Source: Centroscyllium fabricii (Eukaryota). From it: a DNA stretch of 64,000 nucleotides. The notes below the pieces were generated by a model. That model worked only from the letters and a program-made list of their open reading frames with translations. It was not told the DNA's origin and ran no database searches. The stretch lies in contig JBNRSN020000011.1 of assembly GCA_051313645.2 (NCBI GenBank), positions 120,838,001 to 120,902,000 on the forward strand, in the 5' to 3' direction. This document shows positions 34,925 to 48,229 of this stretch, in pieces (the stretch's first letter is position 1; every line of letters begins with the position of its first letter). Both the position numbers and the translations under genes were made by a program.

Positions 34925-37900
34925 TTTTTTTTTAAATCCATTGATGGGATGTGGGCGTCGCTGGCTGGCTAGGCCTGCATTTAGTGCCCACGCCTAATTG
35001 CCCTTGAGAAGATGGTGGTGAGCCGCATTCTTGAACCGCTGCAGTCCATATGGTGTAGGTACACCCACAATGTTAGGAAGGGAGTTCCAGGGTTTTAGCC
35101 CAGCGACAGTGAAGGACCGGCGATACAGGTCCAAGTCAGGATGGTGTGTGGCTTGGAGGGGAACTTGTAGGCGGTGATGTTCCCATGCGTCTGCTGCCCT
35201 TGTCCTTCTAAGTGGTAGAGGTCGCGGGTTTGGAAGGTGCTGTTGAAGGAGCTTTGGCGAGTTGCTGCAGTGCATCCTGTAGATGGTACACACTGCAGCC
35301 ACAGTGGAGGGAGTGAATGTTGAAGGTGGTGGATGGAGTGCCAATCAAGCGGCCTGCTTTATCCTCTATGGTGTCAAGCTTCTTGAGTGTTGTTGGAGCT
35401 GCACTCATCCAGGCAAGTGGAGAGTATTCCATCACACTCCTGACTTGTAGATGGTGGAAAGGCTTTGGGGAGTCGGGGGGGAGACACTCGCTGCAGAATT
35501 CCCAGCCTCTGGCCTGCTCTTGTAGCCACAGTATTTATATGGCTGGTCCAGTTCAGTTTCCAATCAATGGTAACCCCCCAGGATGTTGGTAGTGGGGGAT
35601 TCAGCGATGATAATGCCATTGAATGTCAAAGGGAGATGGTTAGAGTCTCGCTTGTTGGAGATGGTCATTGCCTTGTGTGGTGCGAATGTTACTTGCCACT
35701 TGTCAGCCCAAGTCTGAATGTTGTCCAGGTCTTGCTGCATATAGACACGGACTGCGTCAGTATCTGACGAGTCTCGAATGGTGCTGAACAGTGTGCAATC
35801 AGCAGCGAACATCCCCACTTCTGACCTTATCATGGAGGGAAGGTCATTGATGAAACAGCTGAAGATAGTTGGGCCTAGGACACTGCCCTGAGGAACTCCT
35901 GCAGTGATGTCCTGTGGTTGAGATGAATGACCTCCAACAACCATAGCCAACTTCCTTTGTGCTAGGTATGATTACAACCAAGGGAGAGTTTTCCCCTTGA
36001 TTCCCATTGACTTCAGCTTTGCCAGGGCTCCTTGATGCCACACTCGATCAAATGCTGCCTTGATGTCAAGGGCAGTCACTCTCACCTCACCTCTTTAGTT
36101 CAGCTCTTTTGTCCATGTTTGGACCAAGGCTGTAATGAGGTCAGGAGCTGAGTGGCTCTGGCGGAACCCAAACTGGGCGTCAGTTAGCTGGTTGCTGAGT
36201 AAGTGCCGCTTGATAGCACTGTCGACGACACCTTCCATCATTTTGCTGATGATTGAGAGTAGACTGATGGGACGGTAATTGGCCGGGTCGGATTTGTCCA
36301 GCTTTTTGTAGACAGGACATACTTGGGCAATTTTCCACATTGCTGGGTATATGCCAGTGTTGTAGCTGTACTGGAACATCTTGGCTAGGGGCGCAGCTAG
36401 TTCTGGAGCACACATCTTCAGCACTATTGCCGGAATGTTGTCAGGGCCCATAGCCTTTGCAGTATCCAGTGTCTTCAGCCGTTTCTTGACATCACGTGGA
36501 GTGAATTGAATGGGCTGAAGACTGGCATCTGTGATGCTGGGGACCTCAGGAGGAGGCCGAGATGGATCATCCACTCGGCATTTCTGGCTGAAGATAGTTG
36601 CAAATGCTTCAGCCTTGTCTTTTGCACTCACGTGCTGGGCTCCACCAGCGTTGAGGATGGGGATATTTTTGGAGCCTCCTCCTCCTGTTAACTGTTTAAT
36701 TATCCACCACCACTCACGACTGGATGTGGCAGGACTGTAGAGCTTTGATTTGATCCGATGGTTGTGAGATCGCTTAGCTCTGTCTATCGCATGTTACTTC
36801 TGTTGTTTTGCAAGCAAGTAGTCCTGCGTTGTAGCCTCACCAGGTTGACACCTCATTTTTCGGTATGCCTGGTGCTTTCCCGGCATGCTCTCCTGCACTC
36901 TTCGTTAAACCAGGGTTGATCTCCCGGCTTGATGGTAATGGTAGAGTGAGGGATATGCCGGGCCATGAGGTTACAGATTATGGTTGAATACAATTCTGCT
37001 GCTGCTGATGGCCCACAGCGCCTCATGGATGCCCAGTTTTGAGTTACCAGATCTGTTTGAAATCGGTTCCATTTAACATGGTGGTAGTGCCACACAACAC
37101 GGCGGAGGGTATCCTCAACATGAAGACGGGACTTCATCTCCACAAGGACTGTGCGGTGGTCACTTCCACCAATGCTGTCATGGACAGATGCATCTGCAAC
37201 TGGTAGATTGGTGAGGACGAGATCAAGTAGGTTTTTCCCTTTTGTTGGTTCCCTCACCACCTGTCGCAGACCCAGTCTGGCAGCTATGTCCTTTAGGATT
37301 CGGCCAGTTCGGTCAGTTATGGTGCTATCAAACCACTCTTGGTGATGGACATTGAAGTCCCCCACCCAGAGGACATTTTGTGCCCTTGCTACTCAGTGCT
37401 TCTTCCAATTGATGTTCAACATGGAGGAGTACTGATTCATCAGCTGAGGGAGGGCGGTAGGTGGAAATTAGCAGGAGGTTTCCTTGCCCATGTTTGACTT
37501 GATGCCATGAGACCTCATGGGGTCCTGAGTCAATGTTGAGGACTCCCAGGGCTACTCCCTCCCGACTGTATACCACGGTGCCAGCACCTCTGGTGGGTCT
37601 GTCCTGCCGGTGGGACAGGCCATACCCAGGAATTGTGATGGTGGTGTCTGAGACATTGGCTGTAAGGTATGATTCTGTGAGTATGACTGTCAGGCTGTTG
37701 CTTGACTAGTCTGTGAGACAGCTCTTCCAATTTTGGCACAAGTCCCCAGATGTTTGTGAGGAGGACTTTGCAGGATCATCAGGGCCGGGTTTGCCGTTGA
37801 CGTTGTGGTTTCCGGTGCCGAGGTCGATGCCGGGTGTTCCGTCCGGTTTTATTCTTATTGTTTTTCGTAGTGGTTGTTTACAACTGAGTGGCTTGTTAGG

Positions 37901-38209
37901 CCATTTCAGAGGGCATTAAGAGTCAACCACATTGCTGTGGGTCTGGAGTCACATGTAGGCCAGACCAGGTAAGGATGGCAGATTTCCTTCCCTAAAAGGA
38001 CAATAGTGAACCAGATGGGTTTTTGCAACAATCGACAATGGTATCATGGTCGCCATTACTAAAACCAACATTTAATTCCAGAATTAAATTAAATTGAATT
38101 TAAATTGCACCAGCTGCAGTGGTGGGATTTGAACCCATATCCTCAGAGCATTTGACTGAGCCTCTGGCTTACTAGTCTAGTGATATAACCACTACGCCAC
38201 CGCCTCCCC
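34925..38209 (-). mobile_element. full-length ORF1-less EN-RT LINE with a tRNA-like head, copy 2
   Basis: Colinear and highly similar to 9914-13527, with the same 5' start ggggaggcggtggcgtagtgg. Confidence 0.9.
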
Positions 38210-38655
38210 ACCCTCTGTAAACTTGAGCTCATCCAAAACTCTGCTGCCTGTATCCTGACGCATACCAAGTCCTGTTCACCCATCATCCCGATGTTTGTTG
38301 ACCTGCATTGTTTCAATTTAAAAATTCTCATTCTTTTGTTCAAATCCCTCCGTGGCCTTGCTCCTCTTTATCTTTTTAACCTCCATCAGCCCTACAACCC
38401 TCCAAGAACTCTTGGTTCCTCCAATTGCGGCCTCTTGTGCATTCCCAATTTCCTTTGCCCCTCCATTGGTGGCCGTGCTTTCAGCTGCCTCGGCCTCAAG
38501 CTCTGCAATTTCCTCCAAAAACCTCTCCACCTGTCTGTCTCTCCTTCAAACCAACCTTTCTGGCCACGATTTTGGTCACATGTCCTAATATCACCTGTGG
38601 CTCGGTGTCAAATTTTATGTAACAATCGATCCTGTGAAGCGCCTTGGGACATGGT
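38210..38655 (+). mobile_element. L2 3' fragment
   Basis: aaacttgagctcatccaaaactctgctgcc, GGRAFSC and the L2 tail. Confidence 0.8.
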
Positions 38656-38974
38656 AATGACATGATCAGGCAACTGTTTGAGTTTCTGATTCTAATGGTG
38701 TGATGGAGCCACACCCAGGATGGCCTGAGTTAAGAACTGTGTAGGCCAATGTGAGATTCAGCTTTTGCACTCGTTGTAGCATCTCTCAATTATTAATGCT
38801 GATGAGACTGGAGAGAAATATTTACGCCGCTATATAATTTGAAGTTTTGCGACAATAATTTATTTTGTTTTGTTGCAAAAGACAAGCAGAATAGTTCTGC
38901 AAACCATGCAGACTAAGTATTTTTCGCTCAGATCACCAACAGCAGCGCCCAGGAGATCAACCATAACTATGTGG

Positions 38975-41125
38975 TATGTCTCGACCTTGCCATCTCTCGT
39001 GGCCTCGTTACTCCCATTGTGTCAATCGCAGATAAGGCCATCTCTGACCACTTCTTCGTATCGCTCTCCACCCACATCCCCCTTCCACCACCCCCACCCA
39101 ACCCTACCTCCTTCTGTGTCCAGCCCTGGAAAAACTCTCTTGCAACTGCACTTACGAAATCCCAACTGTCCAGCCTTTGGCCCTCCATTCGCCATGACAT
39201 TTCTGCAGCTGCCGACTTGCTGAACTATGCCCTCACCACCAATTTCGATGCCCTAATCCCTACCAAAACAATGACTCTCACCTTGGCCATTCCCCCTGGT
39301 ACGGCTCTCATCTTCGCTCCCTCAAGTCCAAGGGACTTGAACTCAAAAATCCAACCCTTGACCCCTCCGTCCTTGCATATTGCCACCCCATCTCCACCCT
39401 CCCTTTCCTCTCCAAAGTCCCTGAACACATTGTCACCTCCCAAATCTGTGCCTATCTTTCCTGCAACTCATGTTTGAATCGCTCTGATCAGGTTTCTGCC
39501 TGTGTCACAGTACCGAAACAGCTCTCATCAAATTCACACAGGACATCCTTTGTGACTGTGACAAAGTCAAAAAATCCCTCCTTGTCCTTCTTGACCTGTC
39601 TGCAGCCTTTGACACGGTTGACCACTCCATCCTTCTCCAACGCCTCTCCACCGTCGTCCAGCTAGGTGGGACTGCACTCGCCTGGTTCCATTCCTATCTA
39701 TCTAATCGTAGCCAGAGAATCACCTGCAACGGCTTCGCTTCCCGCTCCCGCATGGTTCCCTCTGGTCAACGATCTATCCTTGGCCCCCTCCTGTTTCTCA
39801 TCTACATGTTGCCCCTTGGCGACATCTTCCGAACAGCGTCAGTTTCCACATGTACGCTGAGGACACCCAGCTCTACCTCATCACCAGTTCTCTTGACCCC
39901 TTCACAGTCTCTAAATGGTCAGGCTGCTCATCAGACACACAGTTGTGGATGAGCAGAAATTTTCTCCCAATTAAATATTAGGAAGACCGAAGCCATTGTT
40001 TTTCGGTCCCCGCCACAAACTCCGTTCCCTAGGTACTGACTCCATCCCTGTCCCTAACATCTGTCTGAGGATGAACCAGACCATTCACAACCTTGGTGTC
40101 ATATTTGACCCTGAAATGAGCTTCTGACCACATATCCGCAGCATAACGAAGACTGTCTATTTCCACCTCTGTAACATCGCCCGTCTCCGTCCTTGTCTCA
40201 GCTCATCTGCTGCTGAAACCCTCATCCATGCCTTTGTTACCCCTAGACTTGACTATTCCAACGCACTGGCTGGCCTCCCACATTCTACCCTACTTAAACT
40301 TGAGGTCGTCCAAAACTCAGCTGCCCGTGTCCTAACTCGCATCAAGCCCCATTCGTCCATCACCACTGGGCTCATTGGCTCCCGGTTAAGCAGCGCCTTG
40401 ATTTCAAAATTCTCATCCTCGTTTTCAAATTCATCCATGGCCTCACCCCTCCCTATCTCTAATCTCCTTCAGCCCCACAACCCCGAGATATCTGCGCTCC
40501 TCTAATTCTGCCCTCGAGGATCCCTGATTCATAGAATCATAGAATCCCTACAGTGCAGATTGGGCCGAAATGGCCTCTTCGAGCCTGCACAGACACATAT
40601 CCCACCCTATCCCCGTAACCCCCACATATTTAATCCCCCTAACACTAAGAGTCAATTTATCCTGGCCAATCAACCTAACCCGCACATTTTTGGACTGTGG
40701 GGGGAAACCGGAGCACCCGGAGGAAACCCACGCAGACACGGGGAGAATGTGCAAACTCCACACAGATAGTCACCCGAGGCCAGATTTGAACCCAGGCCCC
40801 TAGCGCTGTGAGGCAACAGTGCTAACCACTATGCCACCGTGCCGCCCTGGTGATTATAATCACTCAACCATTGGTGGCCGTGCCTTCTGTTGCCTTGGCC
40901 CCAAGCTCTGGAATTGCCTGCCTAGACCTCTGCCTCGCTACCTCTCTTTCCTCCTTTAAGACATTTCTTAAAACCTACCTCTTTGACCAAGCTTTTGATC
41001 ACCTGCCCTAATTTCTCCTTGTGTGGCTCAACGTCAAATTGTTTGTCTTATCATATTTTTGTGAAGCGCCTTGGGACATTTTACTACGTTAAAGGTGCTA
41101 TACAAATGCAAGTTGTTGTTATTGT
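38975..41125 (+). mobile_element. degraded, internally deleted L2 LINE (EN end, RT, tail)
   Basis: ISDHF, LDLSAAFDTVDH, SILGPLLFLIYMLPLG and the L2 tail. Interrupted by an HE1-type SINE. Confidence 0.85.
40530..40847 (-). mobile_element. HE1-type V-SINE, full length
   Basis: tRNA head gggcggcacggtggcatagtggttagc, V domain and a (gattctat)n tail. Confidence 0.9.
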
Positions 41126-41454
41126 CTAACCTAGGAATGAGTTTCAACTGCAGTGGCTCGGAGCCCACATCTGTAGAATACAGATTTAAAGAATATATTT
41201 TCATCTTGACACAAGATTATATTTACAGGACTCATTGCCAAGTTTCCATTCCATTCCATTCCAATCAGACGGTATCAAAACAAGGCATTAATGTGGTAGG
41301 ATGACACGGCAAACATGAAGGATGTTGAGGTGATCACCCACACCAACATTCCAAATCTCAATTGTTTTGCTCTGATCTACTCAAACATTTCTTGGATACC
41401 TATATCAGGCAGATCTCGTGCATGTCACAGTGCATGGAACAGTGCACATCGAAA

Positions 41455-41912
41455 GAAAATGAAAGACTTACATTTATATAGCGTCTTCCACGATCACCAG
41501 ACATCCCAAAGCGCATTACAGCCAATAAAGTACTTTTGATGTGTAGTCACTGTTGTAATGTAGGAAATTCGGCAGCCAATTTGCGCACAGCAAGCTCCCA
41601 TAAACAGCAATGTGATAATGACCAGTCTGTTTTTAGTGATGTTGATTGCACGATAAATATTAACTAGGCCACCGGGGATAACTCCCCTGCTCTTCTTCAA
41701 TATGGTGCCATAGGCTCTTTTACGTCCACCTAGAGCGCAAATGGGGCCTCGGATTAACGTCTCATGTGGAAGATGACACCTCGACAGTGCAGCATTCCCT
41801 CAGCACTGCACTGGAGTGTCAGCCTAAATTTTTGTGCTCAAGTTTATTGAGTGAGACTTGAACCCACAACCTCTGACTCAGAGAGGGGGTGCTGCCAACT
41901 GAGCCACAGCTG
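41455..41912 (-). mobile_element. Deu-domain tRNA SINE with an L2-type tail
   Basis: Head gctgtggctcagttgg...gggttcaagtc, Deu-like agagcaggggagttatccccggtg and an L2-like 3' end. Confidence 0.8.
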
Positions 41913-42074
41913 ACACACTTACTTGATTGTCTCAACTAACCATCATCTGTCAAAAGTTAGGCATGCTGATCGACACCAAAAGCCAGACTAACTGGTCAGT
42001 CATTCATCATACTACTGTTTGTGGAATCCTGCTGTGCACAAAATGACTGCCACATTTGCCCGTAATTCATTGTA

Positions 42075-43025
42075 TGTGAAGTGCTGGTGGACAATTAAAC
42101 AACTAACAGGAGGAGGAGGCTCCATGAACATCCCCATCCTCAATGGTGGTGGAGCCCAGTAGGTGAGCAGAAAAGACAAGGCTGAAGCGTTTGCAATTAT
42201 CTTCAGCCAGATGTGCGGAGTGTATGATCCATCTCGGCCTCCTCCCAAGGTCCACACTATCACATTGTTGCAGGAGTTCCTCAGGGCAGTGTCCTCGGCC
42301 CAACCATCTTCAGCTGCCTCATCAATAAAGTGGGGATGTTCGCTGATGATTGCACCGTGTTCTGTTCCATTCGCAACTTGTCAGATAATGAAGCTGTCCA
42401 TGCCGCATGCAGCAAGACCTGGATAACATTCAGGCTTCGGCTGATAAGCGACAAGTAAAATTCACGCCACACAAGTGCCAGGCAATGACCATCTCAAGCA
42501 AGAGAAAGTCTAACCAACTCCCCTACACATTCACTGATGTTACCGCCATCTAATCCCTCACCATTGACCAGAAACTTAACTGGACCAGCCACATAAATAC
42601 TGTGGCTACAAGAGCAGGTCAGAGGCTGGGTATTCTGTGACAAGTGACACCTCCTGACTCCCCAAAGCCTTTCCACCATCTACAAGATGCACTGCAGCAA
42701 CTCGCCAAGGCTTCTTCGACAGCACCTCCCAAACCCGCAACCTCTATGACCTAGATGGACATGGGCAGCAGGCGCACGGGAACACCATCACCAAGTTCTC
42801 CTCCAAGTCACACACCTTCCTGACTTGGAATTATATCTCTGTTCCTTCATAGTTGCTGGGTCAAAATTATGGAACTTCCTCCTTAACAGCACTGTGGGAG
42901 TACCATCACCAAACGGACTGCAGCAGGTCAAGGCGGCACACCACCACCTTCTCCAGGGCAGCTAGGATCAGCAATAAATGCTGGCCTTGCCAGTGATGCC
43001 CACATCCCGTGAATGAATTTTTTTA
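42075..43025 (+). mobile_element. multiply deleted older copy of the tRNA-headed LINE family
   Basis: KDKAEAFA..FSQ..DPSRPPP is joined directly to the [10 protein letters not shown] region. The family 3' tail is present. Confidence 0.8.
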
Positions 43026-43188
43026 AAATTCAGATGACTTCCAGACAATCCAGGGGGTTTGGCAACCTTAATCGGAGAACACTGAAATAAGCAGTCAACA
43101 CACTTACTGAATTTAAATGGAAGACTGATGTTTGGTATACATCAGCATTTATGACCTAAAAATAAAAACAGAAAAATAGGAAGCATTC

Positions 43189-45296
43189 ATAGAATCATAG
43201 AAATTTTACAGTGCGGATAAGGGCCATTCGGCCCATCCAGTCCGCACCGGCCCAGAAAAACTCCTCACTGTTCTAACCCCAGTTGCCCGCACCTGGCCCA
43301 TAACCCTGTATGTTATGGTCCTTCATGTGCTGGTCCAAGTATTTTTTAAATGTTGTGATGGTTCCTGCCTCCACCACCCTCACAGGCAGGGAGTTCCAGT
43401 CTTCCACCACCCTCTGGGTAAAGAAATTTCTCCTTACCTCCCCCCTAAACCTCCCCCCCCTGATCTTGAATCTATGTCCCCTAGTGCTTGACTCTCCCAC
43501 CAGGGGAAACAATGCCCCTTTGTCTACCCTATCGTGTCCCCTCATGATCTTGTACACCTCAATCATGTCACCCCTCCACCTTCTTTTTTCCAAGGCAAAC
43601 AACCCCAGCCTGTCCAGCCTTTCCTCGTAGCATAGGTCCGCCAGACCAGGTATCATCCTGGTAAACCTTCTCTGCACCCTCTCCAGGGCAGCCACATCCT
43701 TCCTGTAGTGCGGTGACCAGAACTGCACACAGTACTCCAGCTGAGGTCTCACCAGTGTGTTATACAGGTTTAACATTACCTCCCTACTTTTGTATACTAT
43801 GCCCTGGTTAATAAAGGCGAGAATTCCGTATGCCTTCTTAACCACCTTGTTAACGTGTCCAGCAACCTTCAGGGAGCTGTGCACCTGTACCCCCAGGTCC
43901 CTCTGCTCCTCGGTCCTATTTAACGTTTTGTTGTTCATGGTATATTCCCTTACCCCATTTGGTCTACCGAATTGAATGACCTCGCATTTCTCTGGGTTGA
44001 ACTCCATTTGCCATTTTTCTGCCCAATTAACCATTATATCTATATAGCCCCTTACTATCCTCATCGTTGTTTACCACCCTTCCGATTTTCGTATCATCAG
44101 CGAATTTGCTGATCGTACCCCCTACTCCCATATCCAAATCGTTGATGTATACTAGAAACAGTAAGGGTCCCAAAACCGATCCTTGGGGGACGCCACTGGT
44201 TACTGGTTTCCAGTCACAGAAGCAGCCCTCTACCATTACCCTTTGTCTCCTATCCCCCAGCCAATTTTCGATCCACTGTGCCAAGTTACCCTGTATCCCG
44301 TGCGCTCTAACCTTTGTTATTAGTCTCCTATGTGGGACTTTATCAAAAGCTTTGCTAAAGTCCATATACACTACGTCCACAGTACTCCCTTCATCCACCC
44401 TCTTTGTTACTTCCTCAAAGAATTCCAACAGATTGGTCAGGCACGACTTACCTTTGACGAAGCCATGCTGACTGTCTCTTATTAGACCTTGGTTGTCCAA
44501 ATGCGAACTGATTTTTTCCCTCAGAATTTTTTCCATTACTTTCCCCACTACAGATGTAAGACTGATTGGCCTGTAGTTGCCTGGTTTGTCCCTACTACCC
44601 TTTTTAAACAAGGGTACTACATTAGCCGTTCTCCAGTCCTCAGGCACATCCCCTGACGTGAGAGAGGTCCTGAAGATTTGGGACAGGGGGCCCGCAAGCT
44701 CCTCCCTGGCCTCGAACAGCAGCCTGGGGAACATTGCGTCCGGCCCTGGTGATTTGTCCACCTTTAAGCCTCCCAAGATTTCTAGAACTTCTTCCCTTGT
44801 AATGGTAATATCCTCAATTACCCCCCCTACATTCTGTCCGATTTCGATGTCGGTATCGTCCCTCTCTCTTGTGAATACTGAAGAGAAGAATTCATTTAGT
44901 ACCTCCCCCACCTCCTCAGGCTCGACGCACAGCTTTCCGCTATCGTCTTTAATGGGCCCCACCCTTTCCCTCGTGATCCTTTTGTTTTTTATATAACTAT
45001 AAAATGCCTTAGGGTTATCCTTGATTTTACCGGCCATTGTAATCTCATGACCTCTCTTGGCTTTTCTTATCTCCTTCTTTAAATCCCCCCTATATTTCTT
45101 ATACTCCCCTAGTGCCTCCTCAGTTTTTAGCCGTTTATATTCATTAAAAGCCCCCCTTTTTTTCTTCATTAATTTACATATATCTCTAGACATCCAAGGT
45201 TCCCTTTGTTTGTCTCCCCCACCCTTAATTTTTGCAGGAACATGTTCCTCCTGTATCTTCCCGACTTCCCCTCTGAAGGCCTCCCACTGCTCTGAT
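43189..45296 (-). mobile_element. young 5'-truncated CR1 with a nearly intact RT
   Basis: ORFs 44027-45193 and 43273-44064 are separated by one frameshift. All RT motifs are present. TSD gcattc at 43183-43188 and 45297-45302. Confidence 0.95.
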
Positions 45297-45933
45297 GCAT
45301 TCCCTGAACTACTGTGCTTGCTCTGAAAGGCAAAATATTAAAGCTTTAAAAAAGCTGCCCATCATTCCAACTCGCCGCCCTTATAGTAGCGCTAATTACA
45401 AATGACAATTAAATTGCTATTCTTTTTGCCCCAACTCCATTATCCAACTTATTGGATAGTCAATAGGAGACAAAGGGCACCGCCTTTGGTGTTGAATGAA
45501 TATTCCTTTAGCTCTACACTGAATCTCTTTTTGTACTTATCTTATCACATTCATTTGTCATCTGACAAAAATAATTTGTAATTGAGTCTATTTGTTTTTT
45601 GCTGTCTTCAAATGCTTTTTTTTTTAATGCTTACTTGTTTTACTATTTTGATGTTGATGTTGTAGAGAATTTTACATGATCACTGAGGTACAACATTTCT
45701 CCCAGAAACATAATTTGAACTGAAGGAAGCAAAATGCGGAGCTTTTTTATTCAGGAGATTCCACTCTGAATACTTAAGAATCATAAACACTTTCCTCCTC
45801 AACATCACCAACAATGTGTGATGCTTTAGCTTCAAGCCACCTGATGAGTTACAAAATACTTGCATTTATATAGCGCCTTTCACAACCTCAAGGCGTCTCC
45901 AAGTGCATTACAACCAATGAAGGACTTTTGAAG

Positions 45934-46357
45934 CGATAGCAAAATACTGCAGATGCTGGAAATCCAAAATAACAACAGAAAATGCTGGAAAAACTCAGCA
46001 GGCCAAGCAACATCCGTGGAGAGAAATATAGAGACGACGTTTCGGGTATGGACCCTTTGTCAGGTCTAAAGCCAGGAAATGAAAGAGGTAGGAAGGCAGG
46101 GGGAGCTGGGAGGGAACAGAAAACAAAAGAGGAGAGAGAACAAAGAGAAAAGACATTAAGAGGTATTCAATGCTGATGGGGCTGTGGACAGGAGACAGCT
46201 GTAGATTAGGTGTGAAAAGCACTGGCAGAATGGGAGGGGGCTGCTACGAGAGAGAGAGAAAAAAAAGGCCAAATACAACCCGAAACGTCAACTCTATATT
46301 TCTCTCCATGAATGTTGCCCGGCCTGCCGAGTTTTTTCAGCATTTTCTGTTGTTATT
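45934..46357. mobile_element. PLE-derived insertion with inverted pseudo-LTRs (family 2) inside a Deu-SINE tail
   Basis: Arms ~45968-46046 and ~46278-46357 are inverted copies. Hammerhead at 46032-46067 (minus). Flanking 14-bp repeat aag(g/a)acttttgaag. Confidence 0.8.
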
Positions 46358-46731
46358 AAGAACTTTTGAAGTGTTGTCTCTGTTGTATTGCATCTGACAT
46401 GTGGGCATGTGTTGAATGTCCAGAGGGTAGAAATTTACACAGAGTAACTTGGATAGCTACTGTTGTGAGCCAGTGAAAAGTTGGTTTAAATTAAATTATC
46501 CTTGGAAAAAAGGAACACAGTCAAAAATAAGTTGGTGTAAAGCTCATCACGGTTGTCACCTTTTGTCGTATTGCTTATGTCAACACAAGCCTAGAGCTCA
46601 TGTGTCATTGCTTATGATAAATCAAAGGTAAAGCATTCTAACATTAATTAACATTCTAACACCATGCATCAATTCCTTAATCCTGGTCATCAAGTGAGGG
46701 GTTTTGGCAAAGAGACATATCCACCATGAAG

Positions 46732-46880
46732 CAACATTGTGGGTGTACCTACACCATATGGACTGCAGCGGTTCAAGAAGGCGGCTCACCACCATCTTCT
46801 CAAGGGCAATTAGGGATGGGCACTAAATGCACGCCTAGCCAGCCAGCGACGCCCACATCCCATTAACAAATAAAAAAAAG
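46732..46880 (+). mobile_element. 3' tail of the tRNA-headed LINE family
   Basis: caagggcaattagggatgggcactaaatgc...gacgcccacatccc followed by an A-rich end. Confidence 0.85.
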
Positions 46881-47149
46881 CAGAGAGCCCCTCCAAGTTA
46901 ATCAATCAGGTAAACTAAAGCCCTTCCATTGCATGCCTAGGAGTTCGTAATCAGGAAGAGTGATTTGAAAATGTCAAGTCGTCAGAAGCTTAAATGTACA
47001 TTTGAACTGCAATGAAATTGAAGAAAAATGAGAAAGCTCCAAATGCCTTTTTCCCCTTTATATTAGTGTCCCAAAGAACAGTGTCCAGGATGAAAATGCC
47101 ATCCATCAGGACCTCCCCCGCACCCCCACCAAAGAGGCAAAATGAAACA

Positions 47150-47490
47150 ACTAGGACTTTTTCTTATGAATACCATTGAGAACCTCTTCCGAGTCACGCA
47201 AAGCCATACCACACTTGAGGGCACCCACCATTCATTGGACCATTGTTCAAGATGGCAAATTAAGTATATTGAATCTTCAGCTGATTCAAACGCCACCACA
47301 TTATCAGCAAAAAAGAACACTGCAATTCTTGCACAAGTACCCAGATGCGACAAAACCACAACTTGTCCATCATCGATAAAAACATTCACCATGGTGGGTA
47401 ACTGTGGACAATTTTGCCTCACTCCTCTTTTGAAAGAGGGGTTCAGTGATCTTGGATCTGGAGTACATATCTTGGATAAAACCTAAAATT
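47150..47490 (-). mobile_element. ancient non-LTR RT fragment
   Basis: SFKRGVRQNCPQLPTMVNVFID...IAVFFFADNVV resembles the GVRQGCPLSP and FADD motifs. Confidence 0.6.
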
Positions 47491-48229
47491 TGGTCATATA
47501 GTCCCATAGCTTCCAATCTAGTTATAATACCTTGTTCAGGTTACATTTAGCATCAGTCTAATGAAGTACTTAATAACCTAGCAACCACCAGCAGAAACAA
47601 GTCAAGAAATGTTAACTGACACGATAAAATGCTGACAGTTGTCATGTATGTAAATCTGTACGACAAAAACTGAATTTAAACTCACAATTAATCCATGTTC
47701 AGGTTACATTTGCTATCAGTCTAATGCAAATATGCTGTTTTCTCGGCCTATGGACTCAGAAAACTAGTGGCTCTAAGGCAGGTTTAATAGGACTTACTGG
47801 AAACACACAGGTAGAAGACAGCTTTTCCCTTTACAATATTCAGGATTTTGTACCGCTTTAGAGCCGCCTAGCCAGCTAATTACAGGATTTTAACAATCTA
47901 TTCAAGCATGAATGAATAAGCAATAGTACTTTGCTGAACACTTGAAATGTTAGCAGAGGCAAGGACAAAGTATTGAAGAGCACAATGATACCACCAACAT
48001 GCGTTTGGTTTGAGACCAGTCGCTGCCTGGAGCAACACTGGGGCCAGGATACTCAAATTATACTGCTGATTTGACAATCCTCCCGACACCAGTGAAATAG
48101 GGGGACTTTTGCTCACCAGCAATTTCGAATGTTAACAAAGATCCAACAGATCAGTCAGCTCTTCGCTAACACCGAAAGAGGCAAAAAAGCCAAGTTTCAA
48201 AAAAGTTGCCAGGCAGTTCAACTGAGCAC

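Noticed and set aside
9914-38209. Segmental duplication explaining the two 3.3-kb near-identical blocks
   Set aside because: Similarity stops at the element ends and the flanks differ, so these are independent insertions.
47063-47486. Possible host exon or ORF in apparently unique sequence
   Set aside because: The minus-strand frame shows degenerate RT motifs, so it is an ancient LINE remnant.
47533-47726. ~30-bp direct repeat tgttcaggttacattt..catcagtctaatg
   Set aside because: An isolated short duplication with no identifiable element between the copies.
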